Numbered from the stretch's first letter, positions 36,008 to 47,017 are shown. The stretch is 64,000 nt of DNA from Anaerolineales bacterium (GCA_034429745.1 DAOUFY010000108.1:4136-68135), one strand, 5' to 3'. Numbers and translations: made by a program. Notes: generated from the sequence alone by a model not told the origin.

Positions 36008-36688
36008 ATGAGGAAAAATAAACGATTGCTTTGCATTTTATCTATGCTTTTGATCACTTCGATGATGCTTGCTGCTTGTCAGGGACAACCGACTGCCGAT
36101 GCCTCTAAAATAATTGGAAAAGAATTGTATTCAGATGATTTTTCAAATGAGAAAAGCGGCTGGCAGGTGGTGAATACTGATCAAGGAGTTTTAGGGTATG
36201 AAGACGGCGCCTACCGTATGTTTTTGAATGTACCGGCGTTCACGTCGTTTGTGGGGGCTCAAAAGGCTTTCAACGATGTAGAAATAGAAGTAGATGTAAC
36301 CAAGACGGCTGGACCTGATGAGAGCGTATATGGAGTATTATGCCGCCAAGTAGATGAAGGTAATTTTTACCTCTTTGTCATCAGCAGCGCCGGGTATTAT
36401 GGCATCGGCAAGGTGTTTGAAGGCAAAGGAGTAACCTTTTTAGGGAGCGAAAAATCAGATATGCTGTTAGCCAGCGATGCTATTAAAAAGGGGAATGAAA
36501 CCAATCATCTCAAGGTTGTATGTGCCCAAAACACGCTTTCGATGGCAGTCAATGGCAAGCAGCTGCTTTCGGTGCAAGATACAGATATTGAAAGCGGTGA
36601 TATTGGTTTTATTGTAAAAACATTTGATAAACCCGGCATTGATGTAAAGTTTGACAACTTGGTTGTGCGATTGCCTAGTGAGCCATGA
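36008..36688 (+). CDS. Secreted lipoprotein with a LamG/DUF1080-like beta-sandwich pattern
   Basis: Lipobox MMLAAC|Q. Its body has the alternating-strand pattern seen in concanavalin-like domains (FNDVEIEVDV ... YGVLCR ... NFYLFVIS ... LKVVC..NTLSMAVNGKQL ... GDIGFIV ... VKFDNLVVRL). The fold call is tentative. Confidence 0.6.
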   Translation: MRKNKRLLCILSMLLITSMMLAACQGQPTADASKIIGKELYSDDFSNEKSGWQVVNTDQGVLGYEDGAYRMFLNVPAFTSFVGAQKAFNDVEIEVDVTKTAGPDESVYGVLCRQVDEGNFYLFVISSAGYYGIGKVFEGKGVTFLGSEKSDMLLASDAIKKGNETNHLKVVCAQNTLSMAVNGKQLLSVQDTDIESGDIGFIVKTFDKPGIDVKFDNLVVRLPSEP

Positions 36689-38058
36689 GAGTGTATGTAG
36701 ATACGGTTGGATGCCGTCTGAATCAAGCAGAAATTGAAATGATAGCCCAGCAGTTTGCCGCTGCTGGGCATGTTCTTGTTTCTGTACCTGATGAAGCGGA
36801 TTTGGCTGTATTGAATACATGCACGGTAACCGCCAAAGCAGATGCCGATTCGCGCAGTCAGGTGCGCCGCTTGCAGAGGGCCGGCGTAAAGCAAATCATT
36901 CTCACCGGTTGCTGGGCTTCGCTGCGGGCTGAAGAGGCTTCTGCCTTTGAAGGTGTGCAGCAAGTTGTGCTTAATTCCCAAAAAGATCGTTTAACTGAGG
37001 TAGTGTTAACACAACTGCATCAGCAAAATAAAGTTTTCGTTCTGCCGCAGACAGACGCTCCTATCCTCTATAAAGGATTAAGCGGCAAGAGACACCGCAC
37101 GCGAGCATTTATTAAAGTACAGGATGGCTGCGATGATCACTGCACATTTTGCATCACCCGCATTGCTCGCGGTCCTGTTCGCAGCCGAACTGTGGAAGAA
37201 GTGGTGGAAGAGGTGCGCAGTGCATTGGGGCGCGGCGCAAAAGAAGTGGTGCTCAGCGGTGTACAGCTGGCGGCGTGGGGAAAAGACCTGCATGATTTGC
37301 CGCCGAGCAGACGTCATTTGCGCGCCTTAATTGAGACAATAATGGAACAGACTGCTCCGCCTCGCCTGCGTTTGTCATCCTTGGAAGCTTGGCACCTCGA
37401 TAAATCGTTTTTTACTATTTTGAAGGATAAGCGCATTTGCCGCCATCTGCATTTGCCGCTGCAATCCGGCTGCAATGAGACATTGAAGCGGATGGGGCGG
37501 CGCACGCGCCGCGAGTCATTCGCTGCCCTGATGGAGGATGCTTTGCAGCAGTGCTCCGATTTGGCAATCACGACGGATATTATGGTGGGGTTCCCGGGAG
37601 AGACAGAAGAGGAATTTGCTGCAAGTCTTGAATTTGTGAAAGAAATGAATTTTGCGGGTGGACATGTATTCACCTATTCGGAAAGGAAAGGCACACCCGC
37701 AGCTGCATTTCCAAACCCGGTGCCTATTTCAGTGCGCAAAGAACGCAATGCACTTATGCGTGCAGTGCTTTTGCAATCTGCGCGCCGCTACCGTCAGCGG
37801 TTTGTTGGAACGGTACGTTCAGTGTTATGGGAACGTGCCGAACTCCTTTCAAAGGAGAAAAACAGCGCTTTGCTGAAAACCTCTGCATTTAATGAGTTTT
37901 CAGCGCAGGCAGCTTCTGCTTCTTTAGGAGAACGCGGCTGGAGACTGGAAGGGTTGACAGACAACTACCTGCGCGTCAAGGTACTATCTTCTCATAACCT
38001 TTGGAATGAAATTACAGAGGTTATGCTGGATGAAAACAACTTGTTTCTTGAAGAGTGA
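36685..38058 (+). CDS. mtaB: MiaB-like radical SAM methylthiotransferase (MtaB type)
   Basis: UPF0004 N-domain (TVGCRLNQAE ... NTCTVT), a radical SAM motif (GCDDHCTFC), and a TRAM-like C-terminus. ATGA overlap with the preceding gene. Confidence 0.85.
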   Translation: MRVYVDTVGCRLNQAEIEMIAQQFAAAGHVLVSVPDEADLAVLNTCTVTAKADADSRSQVRRLQRAGVKQIILTGCWASLRAEEASAFEGVQQVVLNSQKDRLTEVVLTQLHQQNKVFVLPQTDAPILYKGLSGKRHRTRAFIKVQDGCDDHCTFCITRIARGPVRSRTVEEVVEEVRSALGRGAKEVVLSGVQLAAWGKDLHDLPPSRRHLRALIETIMEQTAPPRLRLSSLEAWHLDKSFFTILKDKRICRHLHLPLQSGCNETLKRMGRRTRRESFAALMEDALQQCSDLAITTDIMVGFPGETEEEFAASLEFVKEMNFAGGHVFTYSERKGTPAAAFPNPVPISVRKERNALMRAVLLQSARRYRQRFVGTVRSVLWERAELLSKEKNSALLKTSAFNEFSAQAASASLGERGWRLEGLTDNYLRVKVLSSHNLWNEITEVMLDENNLFLEE

Positions 38059-38079
38059 TGAACATCTGTCGTGATGAGG

Positions 38080-39384
38080 TTAATCATCCATATGCTGAAT
38101 GATGGCATCACCAAATTCGGAGCATTTGACTTTTGTAGCACCTTCCATGAGACGATGAAAATCGTAAGTAACTGTTTTTGCCGCAATGGCACCTTTGATG
38201 CCCTTAATGATCAAATCGGCAGCTTCATGCCAGCCCATATAGCGGAACATCATCTCGCCGGAAAGGATCACCGAGCTAGGGTTGACCATATCCTTGTCGG
38301 CATACTTAGGCGCAGTGCCATGGGTAGCTTCAAAGACTGCGTGCCCGCTTTCATAATTGATGTTGCCGCCGGGTCCAATACCAATTCCCCCAACTTGGGC
38401 AGCTAAAGCATCGGATAAATAATCACCGTTTAGGTTCATGGTAGCAATAACGTCAAACTCTTGGGCGCGAGTGATTGTCTGCTGAAAGACAATATCGGCG
38501 ATGACATCCTTAATCAACAGTTTGCCGGCTTTTAGGGCTGCATCTTGTTCTGCGTTGGCGGCATCTTCGCCTTTTTCTTTCACGGTGCGTTCCCACTGTG
38601 CCCAAGTGTAAACTTGGTCTTTAAATTCTGTCTCCGCTAGTTCATAGCCCCAATTGCGGAAAGCCCCTTCGGTAAACTTCATAATGTTGCCCTTGTGCAC
38701 GAGGGTTACACTGCGCCGATTGTTTTCTAATGCCCAGCGAATGGCAGCCCGCACAAGGCGGTAAGTACCTTCTTTGGAGATAGGTTTAATTCCAATTCCG
38801 CAAGTATCGGGGAACCGTATTTTTTGGTATTCTTGAGGGAAATGTTCCTGCAATAGCCGTTTAAACCGCAGATTCTCTTCACTGCCGTTTTCAAATTCAA
38901 TGCCGGTGTAAATATCTTCAGTGTTTTCACGAAAGATGACCATGTTAACATATTCAGGATGCTTTACGGGAGAAGGTACGCCGGGAAAATATTGCACCGG
39001 CCGTTGGCATACGTATAGGTCAAGGTGTTTGCGCAAAGCAACATTGAGAGAGCGAATGCCCCCTCCGATCGGGGTGGTGAGAGGACCTTTTATACCCACT
39101 AAGTATTCTTGGAAGGCAGTGATGGTTTCATCTGGCAGCCACGATTGGCAAAGCTGAAAGGCTTTTTCACCGGCATATACTTCCATCCAATGGATTTTTC
39201 GCTTTCCGCCAAAAGCCTTGTGCACTGCTGCATCAAAGACGCGCACTGAAGCGCGCCAAATATCCCGTCCGGTGCCATCACCTTCGATGAAAGGGATGAT
39301 TGGCTCAGCCGGAACAACAAGTTTGCCGTTACTGACAGTGATTTTACTTCCTTGAGATGGGACTTTTATCCATTGATATGTCAT
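38080..39384 (-). CDS. icd: NADP-dependent isocitrate dehydrogenase
   Basis: 434 aa. [42 protein letters not shown] and GTAPKYA are typical of prokaryotic Icd. Confidence 0.93.
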   Translation of the reverse strand: MTYQWIKVPSQGSKITVSNGKLVVPAEPIIPFIEGDGTGRDIWRASVRVFDAAVHKAFGGKRKIHWMEVYAGEKAFQLCQSWLPDETITAFQEYLVGIKGPLTTPIGGGIRSLNVALRKHLDLYVCQRPVQYFPGVPSPVKHPEYVNMVIFRENTEDIYTGIEFENGSEENLRFKRLLQEHFPQEYQKIRFPDTCGIGIKPISKEGTYRLVRAAIRWALENNRRSVTLVHKGNIMKFTEGAFRNWGYELAETEFKDQVYTWAQWERTVKEKGEDAANAEQDAALKAGKLLIKDVIADIVFQQTITRAQEFDVIATMNLNGDYLSDALAAQVGGIGIGPGGNINYESGHAVFEATHGTAPKYADKDMVNPSSVILSGEMMFRYMGWHEAADLIIKGIKGAIAAKTVTYDFHRLMEGATKVKCSEFGDAIIQHMDD

Positions 39385-39619
39385 AACTTTCTCCTCAATT
39401 CATTAAAGTTGGTACAACGCTTCTGTGCTTATACCAAGCAGCCAGGAAAGCGCATTTTTCAAGGAATACGATCATAAAAACAAGAGTTTACTCCTTCTGA
39501 TGTCAAATAGGGGTATTATAGCATAGGCTGGTCGGAATAGGGAAAATGACATTTTAAAAAATAGACCCTTACTGGTATAATAATCTAAAGGATGTTGATT
39601 TTTTAGTGGGAGGTGCACT

Positions 39620-40642
39620 GTGAAGATAAAACAAAAAACAGGTTTCTCCAACAATATGATGAAAGCATTCAAAGTGGGTATATTCAGTGCCATCCTGCTG
39701 CTTAGTCTGAGCGCTTGTTTGCTTTTTCAAGCCGATCGTTCTAAACCTACAATTGTGGTTGTCAAGGAAGAAATGTCATTGGAAGAAGCGATGACGCTGG
39801 TTGCTGAAGCAACTGCTGAAGGGATAGGGTCTTTGAAATCAGAAGGAGAAGCCGCTGCCTCAGCAACGCCCTACGTGAATAGCATGGAGCAAGGAGAAAG
39901 CTTACCACCAGCCCAAGCAGCAACCGCCAAAGCGCTTGGTGTTCAGGCAACTCAAGCGGTGCAAGCTGCACTGAATCAACTTTCTACAGCGCAGGTGTTG
40001 CTAAGCACTCAAACTCAGGTGATTCGCCAAAGAACCTTGCAGCCAGTAAGCACACTGGCTTTTACGGAAACGGCTTGGCCCTCGCCGGTTGCCACCAACC
40101 CGACAACATTTTTCCGCAATACGTTCACGCCTAAGCCAACGCACACTTTTACTCTTACTCCAACGGAGACTTTAACTGCCACCCCTATACCGCCGGGGCT
40201 GCGCGGTTTGACAGTTGATCAAGTGAAGGCCGCGTTAGCAGCAAAGGGAATTACACAGTGCCGGGAAGAAACCGATAACTGGGTGAAGATGACTGTTTGC
40301 GAATCTCAAACTGCGGATAGAAAAAATTGGTATTATGCAGAGATTTATAGTGTGCCCGCCCTGCAGATTGACGTCAATAACGTGATAATGGCAGTGTTTC
40401 AAACTGATCCAAATGATGAAGTAACTTTGGATAAACTGAGGGCATTAGCAGAATTAAATTATGTCGGTTCAGACGCAGCGGCAGCGCGAGCGTGGCTTGA
40501 ACAGAACTTGCCTTCCTTGGGGAATGAGAATGATAAGCGTAAAAATCTTTTTGGAGGTGTGTGGTTTGTGCTTTATGGACCAAAGAATGGGGTGCGTTTA
40601 GAGATTGGTTCACCGCCTCCTTACCCAACTCCACCTAGTTAA
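39620..40642 (+). CDS. Hypothetical lipoprotein with a Thr/Pro-rich linker
   Basis: GTG start 6 nt after GGGAGG, and lipobox LSLSAC|L. An extended -10 (TGGTATAAT, 39573-39581) lies upstream. No family recognised. Confidence 0.5.
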   Translation: MKIKQKTGFSNNMMKAFKVGIFSAILLLSLSACLLFQADRSKPTIVVVKEEMSLEEAMTLVAEATAEGIGSLKSEGEAAASATPYVNSMEQGESLPPAQAATAKALGVQATQAVQAALNQLSTAQVLLSTQTQVIRQRTLQPVSTLAFTETAWPSPVATNPTTFFRNTFTPKPTHTFTLTPTETLTATPIPPGLRGLTVDQVKAALAAKGITQCREETDNWVKMTVCESQTADRKNWYYAEIYSVPALQIDVNNVIMAVFQTDPNDEVTLDKLRALAELNYVGSDAAAARAWLEQNLPSLGNENDKRKNLFGGVWFVLYGPKNGVRLEIGSPPPYPTPPS

Positions 40643-40651
40643 TGATAAATT

Positions 40652-43480
40652 ATGCAGACAATTGTAGCACTTGATATTGAAACAACGGGATTGAAAGCTG
40701 AAACTGACGTAATTATTGAGTTAGGTGCGGTAAAGTTTAAGGAAAATCATATAGAAGATGAGTGGACTAGCTTAGTTAACCCTAAAAGGCCAATACCGCT
40801 GGCAATTACCCAAATGACTGGGATTACCAGTGAAATGGTAGCGTCTGCCCCAACATTGGATGAAGTGTATGATGAATTTTTGGAATTTATTGGCAACGCG
40901 CCGATTGTCGGGCATAACATTTCTTTTGATTTAAGCTTTTTGCGCCGGCTTGGCGGGCTGCGAAGCAACCCAGTTATTGATACATACGAGATGGCAATGG
41001 TGCTTTTGCCGGGAGTGGAACGGTATGCGTTGAATGTGTTGGTAAAAGCTTTGGAACTACCGGAGCCACCCTCTTATCGCGAACATGGAGCTCATTGTGC
41101 TTTGGTTGATGCGCGTTTAACCCAGCAGCTTTTTGTGCATTTGTATGAAAAAGCGGTGGCTTTGCCGTTAGAACTGCTGGCTGAGATAAATCGTTTAGCG
41201 AAGCAAGTTGAATGGGATGGAAGATGGGCATTTGAGCAGGCTTATCAGCATGCATTGCAGCAGCCATTGAGAAATCCTAAACTCAAAGGAAAGGTATCGG
41301 ATCTATCCTACGCGCCGGTATTTGAAAAGAAGCTGAGACCGGCGATGGTTAAACCGTTGCAGCCGCGCGAAGAAACGCTGCCACTTGACATCGAAGAAGC
41401 TGCAGCCCACTTGGAGCATGGGGGAACATTTGCGCGCTATTTTTCTGCTTTTGAACACCGCCCCGAGCAGGTGGAGATGTTGAAAGCAGTAGCCCGAGCT
41501 ATCTCTGAGGAAAGGCATTTGCTGGTAGAAGCAGGCACAGGAACGGGAAAATCCCTGGCGTATCTGGTGCCGGCAGCTCTTTTTGCGGTGCAAAACCAAA
41601 AACGAGTTGTGATTTCAACCAATACCATCAACCTGCAGGAGCAGTTGATCGAAAAAGATATTCCGGATATTAAAGCTGCCTTGGGGCTGGATTTAGAAGC
41701 AGTTGTGCTTAAGGGTAGAGCAAATTATATTTGTCCACGCCGTTTAAGAGGCATGCTGCACCAACGGTTGGAAAATGCCGATCAGGTACGCATGTTAGCT
41801 AAAGTGCTGGTTTGGCTGCTGAATACCCACAGCGGCGATCGCAGCGAGCTTTCTTTTAATCGTCCGCAAGATAATCAAGTATGGCAGCGGATATCTGCCG
41901 ATGATGAAGGGTGCACCATAGAAGCTTGCTTAAAGCACAGCGGCGGCGGCTGTCCGTTTTACCGCTCGCGTTTGTTAGCTCAAGGAGCACACTTGATTGT
42001 TGTCAACCATGCGCTCTTACTTTCGGATGTGGCTTTGGCACAGCGAGTTCTGCCGGAATATGACTATTTGATCATTGACGAAGGGCATCATTTGGAAGAG
42101 GCTACAACGAATGCGCTGAGTTTTAAAATCAATCAACAGGACATTGAACGGATGATAAAAGAATTGGGCGGGCGCAAATTTGGTCTTTTAGGTTATATGA
42201 TGAATAAATTGCAGGGATTGGTGGCACCCGACATTTATGGGGCTTTTGACCATTTGGTAGAGCAAAGCAGCGATCTAACATTTAGGTTTTTGCAGCGCAA
42301 CAATGAATTTTTTGTTATGTTGGGGCAGTTTCTCTTTGAACAGCGCCAAGGAAAACATTTAGGGCAATATGCACAACAAGAACGAATTGTGGCGGCTACA
42401 CGCTCGCAGCCTGCGTGGGTGGAAGTTGAGATGACATGGGAAACCTGCGAACAGACTTTTAAAGCACTTATAGAGACAATTAATAAAATCATCCAATTGC
42501 TGGCTGAGACAGCTGCTCAAGAATTAGAAGAAATTGAAGAACTGTTTTCCAGCTTAAGTGATTTGCGTCGCCGGCTAGGAGAAGCCTTTAAAGGGATTCA
42601 TCAGCTGATGTTTGAACCTGATCCAAACCAGGTGTATTGGATAGAAGTACAGCCCAACGGCAGTCGCTTGACTTTGCAAAGCGCACCGCTGCGCATTGGT
42701 TCTCTGATGGAGCGCTATCTTTGGTACAGTAAATCTTCCGTAATTGTAACCTCAGCAACCTTAACCGCCGGAGGAGAGTTTGAATATCTCAAGGATCGCT
42801 TAGCAGCTTATGAGGCTGAGGAATTGGCATTAGGTTCTCCATTTGATTATGAAAATGCAGCGCTGCTCTATTTAGTAAATGACATTCCAGAACCAAATGA
42901 ACCCGGCTACCAGAAAGCCCTGGATAAGGGATTGGTAGAATTATGCAAAGCTACTGGCGGCAGAACGTTGATTCTTTTCACTTCATATCATCAGCTGCGG
43001 CTTACTGCACAAAACATAACGCCTTGGCTGCTTAAGGCCGGTATTCGGGTGTTGGAACAAGGTGAGGGTAGCTCGCGGCATGCGCTGCTGAATACTTTTC
43101 GCGAAACCGAGCAAGCGGTGCTGCTTGGCACGCGCTCCTTTTGGGAGGGTGTAGATGTCCCCGGCGAGGCACTTTCGGTGTTGGCGATTACCAAACTGCC
43201 TTTTGGAGTGCCGACAGAACCCATCATTCAAGCACGGGCTGAAACGTTTGATGATCCCTTCAATCAATATCACTTGCCGGAAGCTATCCTACAGTTTCGA
43301 CAAGGTTTTGGACGTTTGATCCGTTCCCAAACTGACCGCGGGGTGGTCATTATCTTTGATAAACGAGTGCTGTCAAAAACGTATGGCAAGCAGTTTCTGG
43401 ACTCTTTGCCATCATGCACCAAACGAGTAGGTTCGCTAGCTGAAATGCCGCGTGCAACGGTGCAGTGGCTGAACCTTTAG
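40652..43480 (+). CDS. dinG: DnaQ-like 3'-5' exonuclease fused to a DinG-family (XPD-like) helicase
   Basis: Exonuclease motifs ALDIETTGL, GHNISFDLSFL and HCALVDA. Helicase motifs AGTGTGKSLAYL and DEGHH. Four Cys in the Fe-S insert region (YICPRR, EGC, EAC, GGGCPFY). Confidence 0.85.
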   Translation: MQTIVALDIETTGLKAETDVIIELGAVKFKENHIEDEWTSLVNPKRPIPLAITQMTGITSEMVASAPTLDEVYDEFLEFIGNAPIVGHNISFDLSFLRRLGGLRSNPVIDTYEMAMVLLPGVERYALNVLVKALELPEPPSYREHGAHCALVDARLTQQLFVHLYEKAVALPLELLAEINRLAKQVEWDGRWAFEQAYQHALQQPLRNPKLKGKVSDLSYAPVFEKKLRPAMVKPLQPREETLPLDIEEAAAHLEHGGTFARYFSAFEHRPEQVEMLKAVARAISEERHLLVEAGTGTGKSLAYLVPAALFAVQNQKRVVISTNTINLQEQLIEKDIPDIKAALGLDLEAVVLKGRANYICPRRLRGMLHQRLENADQVRMLAKVLVWLLNTHSGDRSELSFNRPQDNQVWQRISADDEGCTIEACLKHSGGGCPFYRSRLLAQGAHLIVVNHALLLSDVALAQRVLPEYDYLIIDEGHHLEEATTNALSFKINQQDIERMIKELGGRKFGLLGYMMNKLQGLVAPDIYGAFDHLVEQSSDLTFRFLQRNNEFFVMLGQFLFEQRQGKHLGQYAQQERIVAATRSQPAWVEVEMTWETCEQTFKALIETINKIIQLLAETAAQELEEIEELFSSLSDLRRRLGEAFKGIHQLMFEPDPNQVYWIEVQPNGSRLTLQSAPLRIGSLMERYLWYSKSSVIVTSATLTAGGEFEYLKDRLAAYEAEELALGSPFDYENAALLYLVNDIPEPNEPGYQKALDKGLVELCKATGGRTLILFTSYHQLRLTAQNITPWLLKAGIRVLEQGEGSSRHALLNTFRETEQAVLLGTRSFWEGVDVPGEALSVLAITKLPFGVPTEPIIQARAETFDDPFNQYHLPEAILQFRQGFGRLIRSQTDRGVVIIFDKRVLSKTYGKQFLDSLPSCTKRVGSLAEMPRATVQWLNL

Positions 43481-43486
43481 GAGGTT

Positions 43487-46400
43487 ATGATTCAGTTAGA
43501 AGGATTTAAACAAACACCTGCCTTTCAACAATTAAAACATCTTCTTCAGCAGGGCTATTCATTAGCTAACCTGAGGTTGGCGCGCGCACCGCGCTTGGCT
43601 GTGTTAGCAGCATTATGGCAGGAACTGCAGAGACCAGTGGTGTTTCTTGCTGATCGCATGCCGCGGGTGCTCTCCGCCATGGAAGAGCTTGGTTTGTATT
43701 TGCCGCAAGCAGAGCGCATGCTCTTTTCAGAGCCAAATGCGTTATTCTATGAGCCTTTGCCTTGGGGCTTAGGAACGCGCCAAAGCCGCATTACCGTGCT
43801 GAAAAAATTGGCTTTTGATTCGTTGATTGCTGACAGCAGGCAGGAAACACCCCCACCTATCATTTTTACCTCAATCCGTGCATTGATGACCAAGACGATG
43901 CCGCGCCGTGATTTTGTGCGCTCAACGCTGGCTTTAAAGCGCGGTAAGCGCCTTAAGCTTAATGATTTATTGCACCAACTGCTAAGCTTGGGCTATCAGC
44001 CGGTCAACACCGTGGTAGAAATTGGGCAGTTTGCCCATCGAGGGGGATTGGTTGACGTATGGTCTATGTCTGAATCATTCCCGGCGCGGTTGGATTTTTT
44101 TGATGATGAAGTTGACACCCTGCGCTGGTTCGATGCTTCAACCCAACGAACTATGGAGGCAGCTCATCAAGTGGTGATCAGCCCGGCGAGGGAATTCATT
44201 TGGGACTCCCTTCAAAAGCCACCTTGGACTGGAGAACGCCCCTTGTGCGAGATGGATATTCCTAAACTTTACCCGCAAGGAGCTTGTCTGTTGAATTATT
44301 TGCCTGCAAACACCCTCTTGTTTGTAGATGATGAAAATGCCATTTGGGAAACAATGGATGAACTGGAGCGGCAAGCTCTAGCACTGCGAGAAGATGCGAT
44401 CCAGAATCTGCTTATCACAGAAGATTACCCCTTGCCATTTTTACCGCGTGATGAAGTTCAGCCGTTGGTGGCGAAGACTCAACATCTGGTGTTGGGAACT
44501 TCATATAGTACTGACATTGAGAATGAGGCTGATAATGCTGGAGAGGTGGTTGGAGAGGCAATAAGAGGGTTATTTGAGCAGCATGAACGCTATGGGGGAC
44601 GGATAAAGCCGCTCTTGGAAAAACTTGCAGATGACATAATACGCGGAACGAATGTGATCATCGTTACTCGCCAAACAAGCCGACTGCAAGAACTATGGGA
44701 TGAACAGCGTCAGCTCTACCCCGAGCTTGAAAGAAAAAGCCCACAGTTCATTCAAGGCAGTTTAGCGGAAGGATGGGTGTTCAAACCTCCTGCGGAATTG
44801 GGGCTGCCATCAACGATATTATTATCGGATGGAGAAATATTTGGCTGGCAACCGCCTCAGCCGCGGCGCCGCACCCGCCCAGCCGTAGAGGACCCCGAAG
44901 CCGTTTATGCTGATTTGCATTTGGATGACTACGTAGTCCATGTGGATTATGGTGTTGGGGTTTATCGCGGCTTGGTGCGCCGCACCTTGGAAGGCATAGA
45001 AAACGAATACCTATGCATTGAATATGCTCAGGGTGATCAATTGTTTGTCCCTGTTTATCAAGCCGATCGGGTAATGCGCTACGTGGGTGTTGATGGACGG
45101 TTGCCTTCTTTGCATCGTCTTGGCAGTGCAGATTGGCAATCCATAAAGCATCGAGTGAAAGAGAGTGTAGAACAAGTAGCTGAGGAATTGCTGCAGCTTT
45201 ATGCACTGCGTCAAGTGATAAAGGGACATGCTTTTAAAAAAGATACCCCTTGGCAGCAAGAGCTGGAGGCAAGCTTCCCATACACGGAAACCCCCGATCA
45301 GCTGCAGGCGTTGGCGGATGTGAAGCGCGATATGGAGAGTGAACGGCCTATGGACCGTTTGATCTGTGGTGATGTGGGGTATGGAAAAACAGAAATTGCC
45401 TTAAGAGCAGCTTTTAAGGCAGTGATGGATGGCAAGCAGGTGGCTATGCTGGTGCCAACCACTGTATTGGCACAGCAGCATTATCAGACCTTTTGTGAAC
45501 GCCTTGCGCCATTTCCGGTTACCATTGAAATGCTTTCACGCTTTCGCACACTTCAGGAGCAGCAGGAAATTATAAAGCGCTTGAAACAAGGAGGAATTGA
45601 TATTATCATTGGCACTCATCGCTTGCTTTCTGGGGATGTAGAATTTAAGGATTTGGGGTTACTGATTATTGACGAAGAGCAGCGTTTTGGGGTTACACAT
45701 AAGGAAAAGCTGAAGAAAATGCGTCAGGGGCTGGATGTTCTCACATTGACTGCTACACCTATCCCGCGAACCTTGTACATGGCACTGACAGAACTGCGAG
45801 ACATTTCTATCATCAATACACCGCCAGCCGAAAGATTGCCGGTGATCACTCATGTAGGACCTTATTCACCGCGCCTAGTCCGTCAAGCCATTTTACGCGA
45901 GATGGAACGCGGCGGGCAAACATTCTTTGTTCATAACCGCGTGCAAACCATTGAGGCAATGTACAAGCATTTGAAAAAGTTGGTTCCCGAAGCGAAAATT
46001 CTGGTGGCGCATGGGCAAATGGCAGAGCACTTGCTTTCAAAGCGCATGCAGGCTTTTGCAAACCCAGAAGAAGAGGATGAAAAGGTTGATGTGCTGCTTT
46101 CGACTTCCATCATCGAATCGGGGCTTGATATTCCTAATGCCAATACGCTCATCGTGGATCGGGCAGATACCTTTGGCTTAGCTCAGCTCTACCAACTGCG
46201 AGGCAGGATTGGGCGGGGTTCGCAGCGCGCTTATGCTTATTTTTTCCGCCATCGAAAGATTACCCCAACGCTTGAAGCCCGACAGCGTTTGGAAACCTTA
46301 GCGGAATACACTCATTTAGGGGCTGGCTATGCGATTGCCATGCGCGATTTGGAGATCCGCGGTGCAGGTGAAATCCTTGGGACTCAACAGCATGGGCAGA

Positions 46401-47017
46401 TCGCGGCAGTGGGTTTTCATCTGTACACGCGCTTGTTAGCTGAGGCAGTGCGTAGGCTGAAGAAACAATATGGTGTTAAAGAAGAAACTTCTGAGGCAAG
46501 TCATGCGGCAGTGAAGAGGAGTGCTAGTTTGCCATTGTCCGTAGCTGTCGATTTGCCTTTGTCAATCAGTATTCCAATTGATTATATAGCTGACAAAACG
46601 GTGCGTTTGGGGTTGTATCGTCGCCTGGCGGAGCTGCGCGAACTCAGTGAAGTGGACAACTTAGAAGAAGAATTCGCTGATCGTTTTGGCCCTTTGCCAC
46701 AAGAGGTGATTAACTTATTCTATCAGCTGCGCATCAAGCTGATGACAGAAAAAGCCGGACTTGCTTCGATTTCAACAGAAGGCAACCTCTTGGCGCTGCG
46801 TTTTCCTGCACTGCCAAAAGAACTGCCTCAACGCGATTTTCCATCGTTTGATAAGGAAGTTCGCGTGGGTAAAAATACCTTGTGGATTGAATGGCAAAAG
46901 AGAGATGATTGGCAATCTTTGTTAATGAATGTGCTGCAAAAGTTAATCCAACATGCTGATGAAAAGGGGATAACAGTAGAAGAAAGAAATGACGCAATGT
47001 TGGAGACAAGCAGATAA
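43487..47017 (+). CDS. mfd: Transcription-repair coupling factor
   Basis: 1176 aa. A CarD-like segment (VVHVDYGVGVY), helicase motifs (GDVGYGKTE, DEEQRFGV, LTATPIPRT), the TRG motif region and a C-terminal D7-like domain. Confidence 0.93.
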   Translation: MIQLEGFKQTPAFQQLKHLLQQGYSLANLRLARAPRLAVLAALWQELQRPVVFLADRMPRVLSAMEELGLYLPQAERMLFSEPNALFYEPLPWGLGTRQSRITVLKKLAFDSLIADSRQETPPPIIFTSIRALMTKTMPRRDFVRSTLALKRGKRLKLNDLLHQLLSLGYQPVNTVVEIGQFAHRGGLVDVWSMSESFPARLDFFDDEVDTLRWFDASTQRTMEAAHQVVISPAREFIWDSLQKPPWTGERPLCEMDIPKLYPQGACLLNYLPANTLLFVDDENAIWETMDELERQALALREDAIQNLLITEDYPLPFLPRDEVQPLVAKTQHLVLGTSYSTDIENEADNAGEVVGEAIRGLFEQHERYGGRIKPLLEKLADDIIRGTNVIIVTRQTSRLQELWDEQRQLYPELERKSPQFIQGSLAEGWVFKPPAELGLPSTILLSDGEIFGWQPPQPRRRTRPAVEDPEAVYADLHLDDYVVHVDYGVGVYRGLVRRTLEGIENEYLCIEYAQGDQLFVPVYQADRVMRYVGVDGRLPSLHRLGSADWQSIKHRVKESVEQVAEELLQLYALRQVIKGHAFKKDTPWQQELEASFPYTETPDQLQALADVKRDMESERPMDRLICGDVGYGKTEIALRAAFKAVMDGKQVAMLVPTTVLAQQHYQTFCERLAPFPVTIEMLSRFRTLQEQQEIIKRLKQGGIDIIIGTHRLLSGDVEFKDLGLLIIDEEQRFGVTHKEKLKKMRQGLDVLTLTATPIPRTLYMALTELRDISIINTPPAERLPVITHVGPYSPRLVRQAILREMERGGQTFFVHNRVQTIEAMYKHLKKLVPEAKILVAHGQMAEHLLSKRMQAFANPEEEDEKVDVLLSTSIIESGLDIPNANTLIVDRADTFGLAQLYQLRGRIGRGSQRAYAYFFRHRKITPTLEARQRLETLAEYTHLGAGYAIAMRDLEIRGAGEILGTQQHGQIAAVGFHLYTRLLAEAVRRLKKQYGVKEETSEASHAAVKRSASLPLSVAVDLPLSISIPIDYIADKTVRLGLYRRLAELRELSEVDNLEEEFADRFGPLPQEVINLFYQLRIKLMTEKAGLASISTEGNLLALRFPALPKELPQRDFPSFDKEVRVGKNTLWIEWQKRDDWQSLLMNVLQKLIQHADEKGITVEERNDAMLETSR

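Noticed and set aside
36467-36981. Two overlapping - strand ORFs (117 and 158 aa)
   Set aside because: They are antisense to the lipoprotein/mtaB junction. Both sense genes have clear motifs, and the antisense products have none.
44781-45206. 141-aa antisense ORF inside mfd
   Set aside because: It is a shadow ORF within a 1176-aa gene that has complete Mfd motifs.
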